A DNA stretch of 64,000 bases from Minisyncoccota bacterium (GTDB lineage: Bacteria; Patescibacteriota; Minisyncoccia; Phycocordibacterales; PALSA-1337). The stretch lies in contig JAVHOW010000016.1 in assembly GCA_036170235.1 (NCBI GenBank), positions 5,511 to 69,510 on the forward strand. The letters are read 5' to 3'. Positions 37,477-46,657 of the stretch are shown in pieces; the stretch's first letter is position 1; the number at the start of each line of letters is the position of its first letter. The translations under genes and the position numbers were made by a program. The notes under the pieces are model-generated. The model did no database searches, was not told the DNA's origin, and was given only the letters and a program-made list of their open reading frames with translations.

Positions 37477-38151
37477 ATGTCCCACACCGTACATCCATAT
37501 TCACATAGACTTGGTATCATTCGCGATTGGAAGAGTCGCTGGTTTGGCATGGATAAAGGATATCGCACAGCTTTGAAGGCTGATTTGTCGGTTCGTGAAT
37601 TCCTCCAAAAAGAACTTCGCGCCAACTATATTGGTGGTATTGATATTGAGCGCAATCAGAAAGTTCTTCGCGTGATCATCAAAACATCTCGCCCAGGTAT
37701 GCTCATTGGCAAAGCTGGTGACGGTGTTGTCAAACTTCGTGAAAAGATAGCCAAGATTATTCGCAATGCAAAAGCCGAAGTCCCAGGACAAGAGCTCAAG
37801 GTTGATATCGAAGAGATTCGTAATCCAGAGTCAAACGCAATGATCGCTGGCATGATGATCGCTGAATCACTAGAAAAGCGTTTGCCATTCCGTCGTGTGA
37901 TGAAACAAACTATTGAAAAAGTCATGGCGAACAAGAGTGTTCTCGGTATCCGTATTCGTCTAGGTGGTCGTCTCGGTGGCGCGGAGATCGCTCGCAGTGA
38001 GGAACTCAAGAAAGGCCGTATTCCACTTCAGACACTCCGCGCGGATATTGATTTCGCTCGCGAAAAGGCCCATATGACCTACGGCGATATTGGTATCAAA
38101 GTTTGGATTTATAAGGGTGAGATTTTCAAAAAAGACCAAAAGAACGCATAA
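37477..38151 (+). CDS. rpsC: 30S ribosomal protein S3.
   Basis: MSHTVHPYSHRLGIIRDWKSRWF start and KH domain. The track ORF starts earlier at 37444. Confidence 0.93.
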   Translation: MSHTVHPYSHRLGIIRDWKSRWFGMDKGYRTALKADLSVREFLQKELRANYIGGIDIERNQKVLRVIIKTSRPGMLIGKAGDGVVKLREKIAKIIRNAKAEVPGQELKVDIEEIRNPESNAMIAGMMIAESLEKRLPFRRVMKQTIEKVMANKSVLGIRIRLGGRLGGAEIARSEELKKGRIPLQTLRADIDFAREKAHMTYGDIGIKVWIYKGEIFKKDQKNA

Positions 38152-38171
38152 TTTTTCATTAATTTACTACC

Positions 38172-38597
38172 ATGTTATTCCCAAAGAAAGTAAAACATCG
38201 CAAACACTTCACCAAGCGCAAAAATCGCGCCAAGGAAGCTGGTAAACACGAGACGCGTGGCGTCACGGTTGCTTTTGGATCATTTGGTCTCAAAGCTATG
38301 GCATATTCTCGCGTCACTTCAAATCAAATTGAAGCCGCTCGTAAGGTTATGACACGATATGCCACAAAATCTGGTAAGGTTTGGATTCGAATTTTTCCTG
38401 ATATGCCATTCACTCAGAAGCCAGCCGAAGTAAAAATGGGAAAAGGAAAAGGTGATCCAGTCGGTTTCGTAGCCGAAGTTCGTCCAGGTCGTATCATGTT
38501 CGAGATCGATGGTGTTGATAACAAGACCGCGGCAGAGGCACTTCGCAAAGCTGGCACCAAGTTGCCAGTGAAGACCAAGGTTGTAGCGCGCCTTTAG
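38172..38597 (+). CDS. rplP: 50S ribosomal protein L16.
   Basis: MLFPKKVKHRK... Confidence 0.93.
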   Translation: MLFPKKVKHRKHFTKRKNRAKEAGKHETRGVTVAFGSFGLKAMAYSRVTSNQIEAARKVMTRYATKSGKVWIRIFPDMPFTQKPAEVKMGKGKGDPVGFVAEVRPGRIMFEIDGVDNKTAAEALRKAGTKLPVKTKVVARL

Positions 38598-38645
38598 GAT
38601 ACGAATAACGAATAACGAAGAAAGATTCACGATTCACGAATAAAA
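38598..38645. repeat. Heptamer-periodic repeat array ACGAATA ACGAATA ACGAAG...GATTCAC GATTCAC GAAT in the rplP-rpmC spacer.
   Basis: Seen directly. Related arrays lie at 46207, 46614 and 61715. Confidence 0.6.
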
Positions 38646-38653
38646 ACAAAACT

Positions 38654-38851
38654 ATGAAAAACAAAGACATTTCAAATAAAACACCTTCTGACCTAACCAA
38701 GCTTATTACAGAAAAGCGTGAAGCTCTTCGTGTATTCAGATTTGGATCCGCTGGCGCAAAGGCTAAAAACGTCAAAGAAGGAAGGGCTATCAGAAAAGAT
38801 ATCGCTCGAATATTGACTGCTTTGAATGTATCAAAACATGTCGCGAAATAA
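38654..38851 (+). CDS. rpmC: 50S ribosomal protein L29.
   Basis: Size, position and sequence. Confidence 0.88.
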   Translation: MKNKDISNKTPSDLTKLITEKREALRVFRFGSAGAKAKNVKEGRAIRKDIARILTALNVSKHVAK

Positions 38852-38925
38852 AAACCAGCAGATGATTTTGCCAAATCAAGCGATAAACTAGACAAATCAC
38901 CAAATTTCAAGTAAACTCCAAACTC

Positions 38926-39183
38926 ATGACTACTCCAGCAACAACCGAAAAGAAGCTCAAACGCCAGACATTCACTGGTGTGGTGACTTCTGATAAGATG
39001 AAAGATACCTGTGTGGTAGTCATTGAGCGCTACGTCAAGCATGCCAAGTACCACAAGTATATGACCAAGAAGACCAAGCTTATGGCGCACGATGTTGGTA
39101 ATACCAAGAAGATTGGCGATAAGGCGACTATCGAAGCTTGCAGACCACTTTCCAAGAACAAGTCATTCAAAGTCATTGCATAA
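38926..39183 (+). CDS. rpsQ: 30S ribosomal protein S17.
   Basis: Sequence and position. Confidence 0.9.
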   Translation: MTTPATTEKKLKRQTFTGVVTSDKMKDTCVVVIERYVKHAKYHKYMTKKTKLMAHDVGNTKKIGDKATIEACRPLSKNKSFKVIA

Positions 39184-39203
39184 TATTCTAGAACTAAACT
39201 ACT

Positions 39204-39575
39204 ATGATTCAACCACGTTCAATTGTTAATATCGCTGATAACTCCGGAGCCAAGATCGGACGTATTTTCAAGGTACTTGGATCTTCAAAAAAGCGTTACG
39301 CTGAGCTTGGTGAGATCGTGGTGCTTTCAGTTCAAAAGGCAGAGCCACGTAAGGCTATCAAGAAGAAAGACGTTCTTCATGCCGTGGTTGTTCGTCAGGT
39401 AAAGCCGACTCGTCGCAAAGATGGTTCATACATTCGTTTTGATGAGAACGCAGTGGTCATTATCGAAAAAGGCAAAAAGGAGCCGGTCGCTGGTCGTATC
39501 TTCGGACCGATCCCTCGCGAGATTGGTGAAGCTGGATTCAAGACTATTGCTTCAAAGGCGCCAGAAATTGTTTAA
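39204..39575 (+). CDS. rplN: 50S ribosomal protein L14.
   Basis: MIQPRSIVNIADNSGAK... Confidence 0.95.
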   Translation: MIQPRSIVNIADNSGAKIGRIFKVLGSSKKRYAELGEIVVLSVQKAEPRKAIKKKDVLHAVVVRQVKPTRRKDGSYIRFDENAVVIIEKGKKEPVAGRIFGPIPREIGEAGFKTIASKAPEIV

Positions 39576-39584
39576 ATTAATATC

Positions 39585-39803
39585 ATGCATATCAAGAAAG
39601 GAGATACAGTACTAATATTGTCAGGTGACGACAAAGGCAAGACCGGCAAGGTTGTCAAGGCTTTTCCTGCAGAAGGTAAAGTAGTCGTCGAAGGTATGAA
39701 TACGGTCCGCAAGCATCAGCGTCCAACTAAGCAAGGTCAGAAGGGTCAGGTCGTTGATCTCGCTATGCCAATGCATGCATCGAAGGTCGCTAAAAAAGAA
39801 TAA
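39585..39803 (+). CDS. rplX: 50S ribosomal protein L24.
   Basis: KKGDTVLILSGDDKGKTGKV KOW motif. Confidence 0.9.
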   Translation: MHIKKGDTVLILSGDDKGKTGKVVKAFPAEGKVVVEGMNTVRKHQRPTKQGQKGQVVDLAMPMHASKVAKKE

Positions 39804-39806
39804 CGA

Positions 39807-40403
39807 TTGAATTTCAATATCATGTCATATAAAACAGTATCAGAATTAAATAAAGAATCTTACTCAACACTCAAGGAAAAGTTGGGACTTAAGAATCCGA
39901 TGCAAGCACCACGCCTGGTCAAAGTCGTGGTATCCAATGGTTTCGGTTCAGTAAAGGATAAGAAAAAGATTGAGCTCATCGCTGATCGTCTCGCCAAGAT
40001 CACTGGTCAGAAACCAGCTGTTCGTGCGACTAAGAAAGCTATCGCTACATTCAAGACTCGCCAAGGTGACGCTGTCGGCTATCAGATCACTCTTCGTGGT
40101 CCTCGCATGACAGAATTCCTCGATCGTCTCATCCACGTCGCTCTACCTCGCACCAAAGACTTCCGTGGTCTCGCTCGTACATCAGTTGACGCTATGGGAA
40201 ATTACACTATGGGTATAAAGGAGCACACTATTTTCCCCGAAACTTCCGATGAAGATTTGAAAGATGTCTTTGGTTTCGCTATTACGATTGTTACAACTTC
40301 CAGTGATAAAAAAGCGACGTTGGCGTTTCTAGAACATATTGGTATGCCATTGAAGAGGGAGCCCACCTCCGCTGAAGCTACGGAGGGCAAGGAGGTGAAG
40401 TAG
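39807..40403 (+). CDS. rplE: 50S ribosomal protein L5 with a C-terminal extension encoded by a palindromic repeat module.
   Basis: L5 core. Alternative start MSYKT at 39822. The C-terminus ...KREPTSAEATEGKEVK is extra. Confidence 0.9.
   Translation: MNFNIMSYKTVSELNKESYSTLKEKLGLKNPMQAPRLVKVVVSNGFGSVKDKKKIELIADRLAKITGQKPAVRATKKAIATFKTRQGDAVGYQITLRGPRMTEFLDRLIHVALPRTKDFRGLARTSVDAMGNYTMGIKEHTIFPETSDEDLKDVFGFAITIVTTSSDKKATLAFLEHIGMPLKREPTSAEATEGKEVK
40364..40397 (+). repeat. Hairpin repeat module cacctccgctgaagctacggagggcaaggaggtg, in-frame at the rplE 3' end.
   Basis: Nested inverted repeats cctccg/cggagg and cacctcc/ggaggtg. 28 nt are identical to a copy inside gyrB at 56609. Confidence 0.8.
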
Positions 40404-40454
40404 GTTGTCTTAAATAAGTGGAAAATAGCCTTACAAAATAAGGTTATTTTTGTA

Positions 40455-40483
40455 AAAACACCCGTTCGGAAGGGTGTTTTTTT
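40455..40483. terminator. Bidirectional terminator after rplE.
   Basis: aaaaacacccgttcggaagggtgttttttt. Confidence 0.65.
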
Positions 40484-40511
40484 CTTTACTTAACTGATAA
40501 TTTTCTAACTA

Positions 40512-41588
40512 TTAAATCCCACTCGTCGTAGTACTCATAACCTGCCCTGAAGTCACAGTATTCCCACTAGCATCCACGGACTGGACCTTGAAATAGTAAG
40601 CTGTACTTGTAGCCAATCCCATGACTGAAATGGAGTGGTTCAGTGTTAGTGCACTATTGGTGATGAATGAAGTCGTACTTGCATTCACATCCAAAGGATT
40701 TGTACTCGAGTAGAACACCTTTGAAGTTGCGAGCTCATCAGTTGTCCAAACAATAGTTGTGGTTGAAGCGCCTGGAGTTGCAGTTAGAGCACTAATAACT
40801 GGAGGTGTGACATCAGCTGGAACAATTACACTGCCAGTATGAGCAGAGAATGTCGATGAAGTGGTCACGTTGCCAGATGTATCAGTTGATTCAATGACAA
40901 GGTAATAAGTCGTATTTGGTGTAAGTCCTGACAACGTAAGCAAGTGAGTCTTGGTAGTACTTGCATTGGAAACATACGAAGTCGTGCTTGCATTCAACAC
41001 AACAGGAAGAATTGTTGAATAATAGACGCGATCGGTTGTATTTTCATTTGTTTTCCAACCGACTTTGATGGTTGAAGTTCCGAGAACAGTCACAACGTTA
41101 CTGATGACTGGAACTTTGGTATCAGCCGATGGCGAGGAATTATTGCCATGGAACTTCTTATTGATACCGAATGGTAACCAGCAATTTAAAACATTGGTGT
41201 CAGAAGTACCATTATTCTTTATCCAACCAGGTGCGACCAGATGACCGTATGCCTTGAAACATTTGCCGAATGCAGAGTTTTTATTTGAATTTGAAGACGA
41301 ATCTTTTTCTGATTTTGATTCAGATTCATGTGAATTTGACCTTGTAGAAGTTGAAATATGAGAATTTAAATTGTTGGACTTTTTATCATGCTCAACTTCA
41401 CTATCTATATGATTCGAATTGGAATTTGAAGTAGAAACTGTTACCGAACGCTCGACACGGTTTTTGCCGTGGTCATTATTATTTTCTTTTTCATTCTTAT
41501 TATTTTCTTTAGCAAAACTAACTAGGGGACTCATGACAAGAGCGAGTGCGAGTGTGCCAATGGCGAAAGAGGTAATGTAATTTTTCAT
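40512..41588 (-). CDS. Secreted protein with a signal peptide, a His/Ser/Asn-rich low-complexity region and two FN3-like domains.
   Basis: Signal peptide. Repeated ...TVTSSTFSAHTG / TTYYLVIESTDTSGN and AYYFKVQSVDASGN motifs. Confidence 0.6.
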   Translation of the reverse strand: MKNYITSFAIGTLALALVMSPLVSFAKENNKNEKENNNDHGKNRVERSVTVSTSNSNSNHIDSEVEHDKKSNNLNSHISTSTRSNSHESESKSEKDSSSNSNKNSAFGKCFKAYGHLVAPGWIKNNGTSDTNVLNCWLPFGINKKFHGNNSSPSADTKVPVISNVVTVLGTSTIKVGWKTNENTTDRVYYSTILPVVLNASTTSYVSNASTTKTHLLTLSGLTPNTTYYLVIESTDTSGNVTTSSTFSAHTGSVIVPADVTPPVISALTATPGASTTTIVWTTDELATSKVFYSSTNPLDVNASTTSFITNSALTLNHSISVMGLATSTAYYFKVQSVDASGNTVTSGQVMSTTTSGI

Positions 41589-41807
41589 AAAAATTGTTAT
41601 GTGTAATTAATTTATAATCTACTTATAGTACTTTGTAATATTTGTCAGCTTAATAAAAGCCAACAGATTATATAAACGGACTAGAAACATAAACCTTACA
41701 TCGACACAACTGCACATTTATTGTATATTCTATTAGCACTCAACCTATCAGGAATTGCTGAAATTCGCAGAAAACGTAAGAATAGCGCCATTCATTCGTT
41801 ACACATC

Positions 41808-42413
41808 ATGAATACCGATAATCATATAAACAAGCTCAGAAGCACCTTTACTGACATATACAACACAGAGGCAGATTCTTTGTTTCGTTTTTGTCTTATT
41901 CGAGTCAGCGATCGAGAACAAGCGCTTGATTTGGTTCAAGAAATATTCACTCGCTTTTGGCAGACAATGAATCAAGAAGGTCGGCACATAGACTATCCGC
42001 GAGCTTTTCTTTTCACAGTCGCACGGAATGCTATCATTGATTGGTATCGCAAAAAGAAAAGTATTTCTTTGGAAAGCATGGCTGATCCTGAAACAGATGA
42101 ACCGTATGAAGCAATTCAAGATTCAGATCTAATGGATAGTAAATTGGAAGGCGAGGGGCGATTCCTGATTTCTGCCATAAGTAAATTGAGTTCTGGTCAC
42201 CGCGACGCTATCTATCTCCGATTTGTTGAAGGATTGTCACCTCCAGAAATTGCCAAGATCTTGGGGATATCAACCAACGCAACATCAGTTAGAATTACCA
42301 GAGGAATTGAAGAATTACGGAAATTGACAGGATATGACATTGAGATCGATGGTGGAGATAATTTTTCTAAAGAAGGAGGTGCGGATACAGCAGATAAATT
42401 AGAGTCAAAATAA
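41808..42413 (+). CDS. ECF (sigma-70 family group 4) RNA polymerase sigma factor.
   Basis: Region 2 DLVQEIFTRFW and region 4 HTH ...EIAKILGISTNATSVRITRG. Likely start is MNTDN. The track ORF starts at 41721. Confidence 0.8.
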   Translation: MNTDNHINKLRSTFTDIYNTEADSLFRFCLIRVSDREQALDLVQEIFTRFWQTMNQEGRHIDYPRAFLFTVARNAIIDWYRKKKSISLESMADPETDEPYEAIQDSDLMDSKLEGEGRFLISAISKLSSGHRDAIYLRFVEGLSPPEIAKILGISTNATSVRITRGIEELRKLTGYDIEIDGGDNFSKEGGADTADKLESK

Positions 42414-42417
42414 AAAC

Positions 42418-43509
42418 ATGAAAGACACACGATTCAACAAAGCAATAAAAGATATAAAGAATATATCCATGACATCTGCGGAAAAGCGAATGGTCTTTGA
42501 ATGTGTGATGAAGACTACGCCAATTAAAAGTACTTGGACTGTGTATTCTTTTGGTAAGTGGATACAGACGCATCGCTCAATTTCAGCTTTAGTGTTTATT
42601 GTAATTGTTATTTCGGCGGGAAATTCTGCCGTATTAGCCTCACGTAACACACTTCCTGGTGACACGCTTTATCCGATCAAAGTTAATATGGTTGAACCGA
42701 TTCGCGTTGCCTTTGCTCCAACTCCAAGGATTAAGGCGGAGATTCAGACTGAATTGGTACAGAGTCGTTTGCAAGAAGCAGAAACCTTGGCGGCGCGAGG
42801 TCAGCTCAATGATGGAAAAGAGCAAAGTTTAAATCAGCGTATTGATCAACAAGTTTCCGATTTGACTGCAAATATTAATGAAGTAAAAAAAACGTCACCT
42901 GAAAAAGCTGATGATATTAGTACGACGTTAGAAGCAAGCATCAATGCTCACACACGAATACTCGATGTTATTGCCGTCAATCGTGGTGAATCTCATAGTA
43001 ATAGCAAAGAAAATGGCGCCATTAACGTAGATGGAGCCGTTACGTCTGCTATGGTGGCATCGTCATCAATGTCAGAATCGACACAAACTTCAAGAACTTC
43101 TTTGAAACTTAATAAAAAGTCAGAATCAAAAGATGAGTCAAAGAACAATAAAAAGTATTCAAAAAGAAAAGAATCGGTGGAATCATTAATCCAATCAACA
43201 ACCGCTGATGTTGCAGGTGCGACTACAACAGCTACATCTTCATTACTTCAGGAAACTATAGTTAATGATGCGCGTATCAACCTTGATCATGCCCAAGAGA
43301 AACTACAAGAAGCTCAAAATCATAATAGTAATGGTAATTCTAGTGAAGCCTATTCGGCACTGATTGATTCTGAACGCGCCACAAAAGAGGCGGCGTTGTT
43401 TATAAAGGCTACATCACGACTGGAGAAGGAGGTAAAAAATGAGGAGATAAATGCTTCTTCACATGGGAACAATAATGTCCAAGGTGGTCAATCGGGTAAA
43501 GTGGAATAA
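42418..43509 (+). CDS. Putative membrane anti-sigma factor (DUF5667-like) cotranscribed with the ECF sigma.
   Basis: Immediately downstream of sigma, with a 4-nt gap. Single TM helix and a coiled, low-complexity extracytoplasmic region. Confidence 0.5.
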   Translation: MKDTRFNKAIKDIKNISMTSAEKRMVFECVMKTTPIKSTWTVYSFGKWIQTHRSISALVFIVIVISAGNSAVLASRNTLPGDTLYPIKVNMVEPIRVAFAPTPRIKAEIQTELVQSRLQEAETLAARGQLNDGKEQSLNQRIDQQVSDLTANINEVKKTSPEKADDISTTLEASINAHTRILDVIAVNRGESHSNSKENGAINVDGAVTSAMVASSSMSESTQTSRTSLKLNKKSESKDESKNNKKYSKRKESVESLIQSTTADVAGATTTATSSLLQETIVNDARINLDHAQEKLQEAQNHNSNGNSSEAYSALIDSERATKEAALFIKATSRLEKEVKNEEINASSHGNNNVQGGQSGKVE

Positions 43510-43672
43510 GGCGGACTGACTAACCTCACATACATACTGCACTCATTAATCAAATGGGCGCAAAATGAAAATACACTCAAAATATCGAGGGATTAAGGGG
43601 TTTGTGGCGTAGATTGTTTTTGGGAACATTGAAATAAACCAACGAAAAAACCAATAAACGAAAGAGAAACTT

Positions 43673-44187
43673 ATGGCCCATGTTATCGAATGTAGATTTT
43701 GTGATGGTACATCATTAAACCATGACCACGATGAATGTGCTCAAGAGTTTGGTTTGAGCGTGGAGCGGAGAATTTTAGAACACACAACTAGATATCTTGA
43801 AACTCCTTTACCGCAAACGATTATTAACGAGCTCAAAAGTGATTGTTGGAAATGGTACCTGGAATATCTCGATCTTATATATTTCCACAAGTTAATTATT
43901 CCCATCTTATTCAAAATAGAACAGGATCACATTATGAAGATAGGAGATATAGAAGCCACATTGAACGCAAATCTGCTGATTTCGTTGTTTGTGATAAAAA
44001 GACATGTGTACCATGTTTAGTTATTGATATTGATGGAAGTGTACATAATAGATTAGATATACATGAAAAAGATGCAGAGATAAATCAAATACTTAATGCT
44101 ATTGGGTTACCAATATTACGTTTAACCAATGAAGATTCAAGGGATAGAGAACTTGTTAAAAACAAAGTCTTTGGAATGATTAAGTAG
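43673..44187 (+). pseudogene. Frameshifted DUF2726 (NERD/nuclease-related) gene with an N-terminal Cys/His cluster.
   Basis: Two overlapping ORFs, 43673..44020 and 43843..44187, in different frames. The second carries the DUF2726-like pattern SADFVVCDKKTCVPCLVIDIDGSVHNRLDIHEKDAEINQILNAIGLPILRL. Confidence 0.5.
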
Positions 44188-44304
44188 TCAACCAATAATG
44201 GGTAGTTATAAATTTGACTTTCGAAATATTTTTTGCTAATATAATTCAAGTTACTAGTCGCCAATAATTGGCAATTGAACCCGCCCACAAGGCGGGTTCC
44301 GACA

Positions 44305-44718
44305 TTACACCAAATCTTTCATGTACCTCCTTATTACCTGAAAATCTTCGTAAGAAATAGTGTCAATGTAGCGATCTAATCTTTTAGTGCTGACTAAGCG
44401 TAATTGATGGATCTTTGCCACACGAGTAATACCACCGCAAATAAAAGTGTAATGAATTCTGCTTTCTTTTGGCCACTTTTTTGTTGTGAGAGGAATAATC
44501 CATAAAGTCTCATCAGTAAATATACGAAATATAATCACTGGTCTGATAAAATTATCACCTTTACCATCCTCTTCACTACCGATATTGCAACCAAGAAAAC
44601 ACCACCAGATATCCCTTTCCTTGAATATGAGTCTTTCTTTTTTATCATGAACAATTTTTTTCTTTATGTTCCATGAATCAAAGTTCTTTATATGTTGTTT
44701 TGCTATTCTTGTATCCAT
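44305..44718 (-). CDS. PemK/MazF-family toxin (mRNA interferase-like).
   Basis: IRPVIIFRIFTDETLWIIPLTTKKW resembles the RPxlVls...vaPiTs core of MazF/PemK. No antitoxin is evident. Confidence 0.5.
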   Translation of the reverse strand: MDTRIAKQHIKNFDSWNIKKKIVHDKKERLIFKERDIWWCFLGCNIGSEEDGKGDNFIRPVIIFRIFTDETLWIIPLTTKKWPKESRIHYTFICGGITRVAKIHQLRLVSTKRLDRYIDTISYEDFQVIRRYMKDLV

Positions 44719-44724
44719 CTTCCA

Positions 44725-44765
44725 ACTCTATCAAACCAGAATGAAGAAACACTGAAGAAACGATA
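44725..44765. repeat. ~45-bp repeat, copy C, directly upstream of the PemK-like gene start.
   Basis: tatcaaaccagaatgaagaaacactgaagaaacgataagga. Confidence 0.7.
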
Positions 44766-45040
44766 AGGATGACCTTCTTTCAGCTTCGACTCGGATGTTG
44801 TGCCTGCGAGCAGTCACACATCCTCGCTTGCTGAAATAAAGAAACAGTGAAGATTTTCAAATTTGACTTCCTCACACCCATTTGTTAGTATATCCACACC
44901 TTCATAAACCAAGGTTTTTCATACAAAACAGTGATTGGAAGCACACCCTTAACGGGATAGCTAACCAGTCCTCATTTTTTTGAGAAAAATTGCAAGCAAG
45001 TCACTTGAAAGAGTGCGTCGCCAACCCAAAATATCACCTT

Positions 45041-45226
45041 ATGGCAAAAACATCAGTCATCGTACGATCCCAAAAGAAGCCGAAATTCAAGTCGCGCGTC
45101 GTTCGACGTTGTTTCCGATGTGGACGTAAGCGCGGATATATGAGAGATTTCGATCTCTGCCGTATTTGTTTCCGAGAATTCGCAAACGAAGGTGTGATTC
45201 CTGGCATCAAGAAGTCTTCATGGTAA
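45041..45226 (+). CDS. rpsZ: 30S ribosomal protein S14 type Z (zinc-binding).
   Basis: 61 aa, [16 protein letters not shown]...[20 protein letters not shown], with four Cys. Confidence 0.9.
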   Translation: MAKTSVIVRSQKKPKFKSRVVRRCFRCGRKRGYMRDFDLCRICFREFANEGVIPGIKKSSW

Positions 45227-45264
45227 TAACTAATTTTTTCATTTTCCACTTTTAATTAACTATT

Positions 45265-45651
45265 ATGGTAACCGATTCTGTATCAAACCTCATAATTCGC
45301 ATCAAGAATGCCAGCGACGCAAAGAAAGCTTTGGTTGCTGTTCCAAATACAAAGTTGGTTGAAAATATCGCGCACGCACTGAAAAAGACGGGCTACATTT
45401 CTAGTGTCCAAAAAAATAAAGACACTCGCGAGCTTGAGATTGGAATCGTTTATTTCGATGGAGCCCCTCGTATCAACGGTGTTGAGCGTATTTCCAAATC
45501 ATCTCGCCGCGTATACATGAAAGCCAACGACATTCGCGTTTTTCGCAGTGGTTTCGGTAACACATTTCTTTCAACTCCAAAAGGCATAATGGTTGACATG
45601 GATGCCAAGAAACTAAAGGTCGGTGGGGAAGTCTTATTCAAGATTTGGTAA
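45265..45651 (+). CDS. rpsH: 30S ribosomal protein S8.
   Basis: Sequence and position. Confidence 0.92.
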   Translation: MVTDSVSNLIIRIKNASDAKKALVAVPNTKLVENIAHALKKTGYISSVQKNKDTRELEIGIVYFDGAPRINGVERISKSSRRVYMKANDIRVFRSGFGNTFLSTPKGIMVDMDAKKLKVGGEVLFKIW

Positions 45652-45673
45652 TATTTAATTTTCATTAACTAAT

Positions 45674-46207
45674 ATGTCACGCATTGCCAAAAAACCAATA
45701 ACTATTCCACCAAAGACCGAAGCTTCTTTTTCAGGCGGTGTCATGACCGTTAAAGGTCCTTTGGGCACCTTGACCAAAACATTCCGTCCATATATCAACG
45801 TTGTTGTTGAAAATGGCGCTATCACACTTACACCAAACGTCAAATCATTGCAGTCACGCGCTCTTTGGGGCACTTATGCTTCTCATATAAAAAATATGCT
45901 TACAGGTGTTAATAAGGCATATGAAAAGAAGCTTGTCGTCGAAGGCATTGGTTTCAAAGCTGACGTCAAGGGCACCAATCTTGTCATGGCTCTTGGTTTT
46001 TCACATCCTGTTTCAGTTCCTATTCCAGCTGATCTCAAAGTTACTACCGAAAAGAACAATGTTATTGTATCTGGTATGGATTGTGAGAAAGTCGGACAGT
46101 TTGCCGCAGTTGTTCGCGCCTCAAAGAAGCCAGAACCATATCTCGGAAAGGGTATTCGATACTCTGATGAGGTTATCAGACGTAAGCAAGGCAAGAAGGC
46201 GGCATAA
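45674..46207 (+). CDS. rplF: 50S ribosomal protein L6.
   Basis: MSRIAKKPITIPP... Confidence 0.92.
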   Translation: MSRIAKKPITIPPKTEASFSGGVMTVKGPLGTLTKTFRPYINVVVENGAITLTPNVKSLQSRALWGTYASHIKNMLTGVNKAYEKKLVVEGIGFKADVKGTNLVMALGFSHPVSVPIPADLKVTTEKNNVIVSGMDCEKVGQFAAVVRASKKPEPYLGKGIRYSDEVIRRKQGKKAA

Positions 46208-46254
46208 AACGAATTACGAATAACGATTCAAGATTCAAGAATACAAACAAAAAC

Positions 46255-46605
46255 ATGAACACACTTCAAACAAAACAGAAAATATTCGCACGCAGAAAGA
46301 CACGTATTCGTGCCAAGATTTCTGGTACCTCGGAACGTCCTCGTTTGGCTATTTTCAAATCACACAAGTATATATACGCTCAAGTTATTGATGATAACAA
46401 AGGACATACGCTTGCCGCTTTCAATTCACGCATGTCAAAGGCCAAGACTCCGGTTGAGCGCGCGAAAGACGTTGGTATCGAGATTGCCAAGAAGGCAAAA
46501 GCCGCTAAAGTCACCAAAGTCGTCTTTGATCGTGGTGGATATATTTATACCGGCAAAATCAAAATGGTCGCTGATGCCGCTCGTGAAGGAGGACTTCAAT
46601 TTTAG
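46255..46605 (+). CDS. rplR: 50S ribosomal protein L18.
   Basis: RPRLAIFKSHKYIYAQVIDD... Confidence 0.9.
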   Translation: MNTLQTKQKIFARRKTRIRAKISGTSERPRLAIFKSHKYIYAQVIDDNKGHTLAAFNSRMSKAKTPVERAKDVGIEIAKKAKAAKVTKVVFDRGGYIYTGKIKMVADAAREGGLQF

Positions 46606-46657
46606 AACATAATACGAATCCACGAATTATACGAATGCCACAAATAACACAACTACT

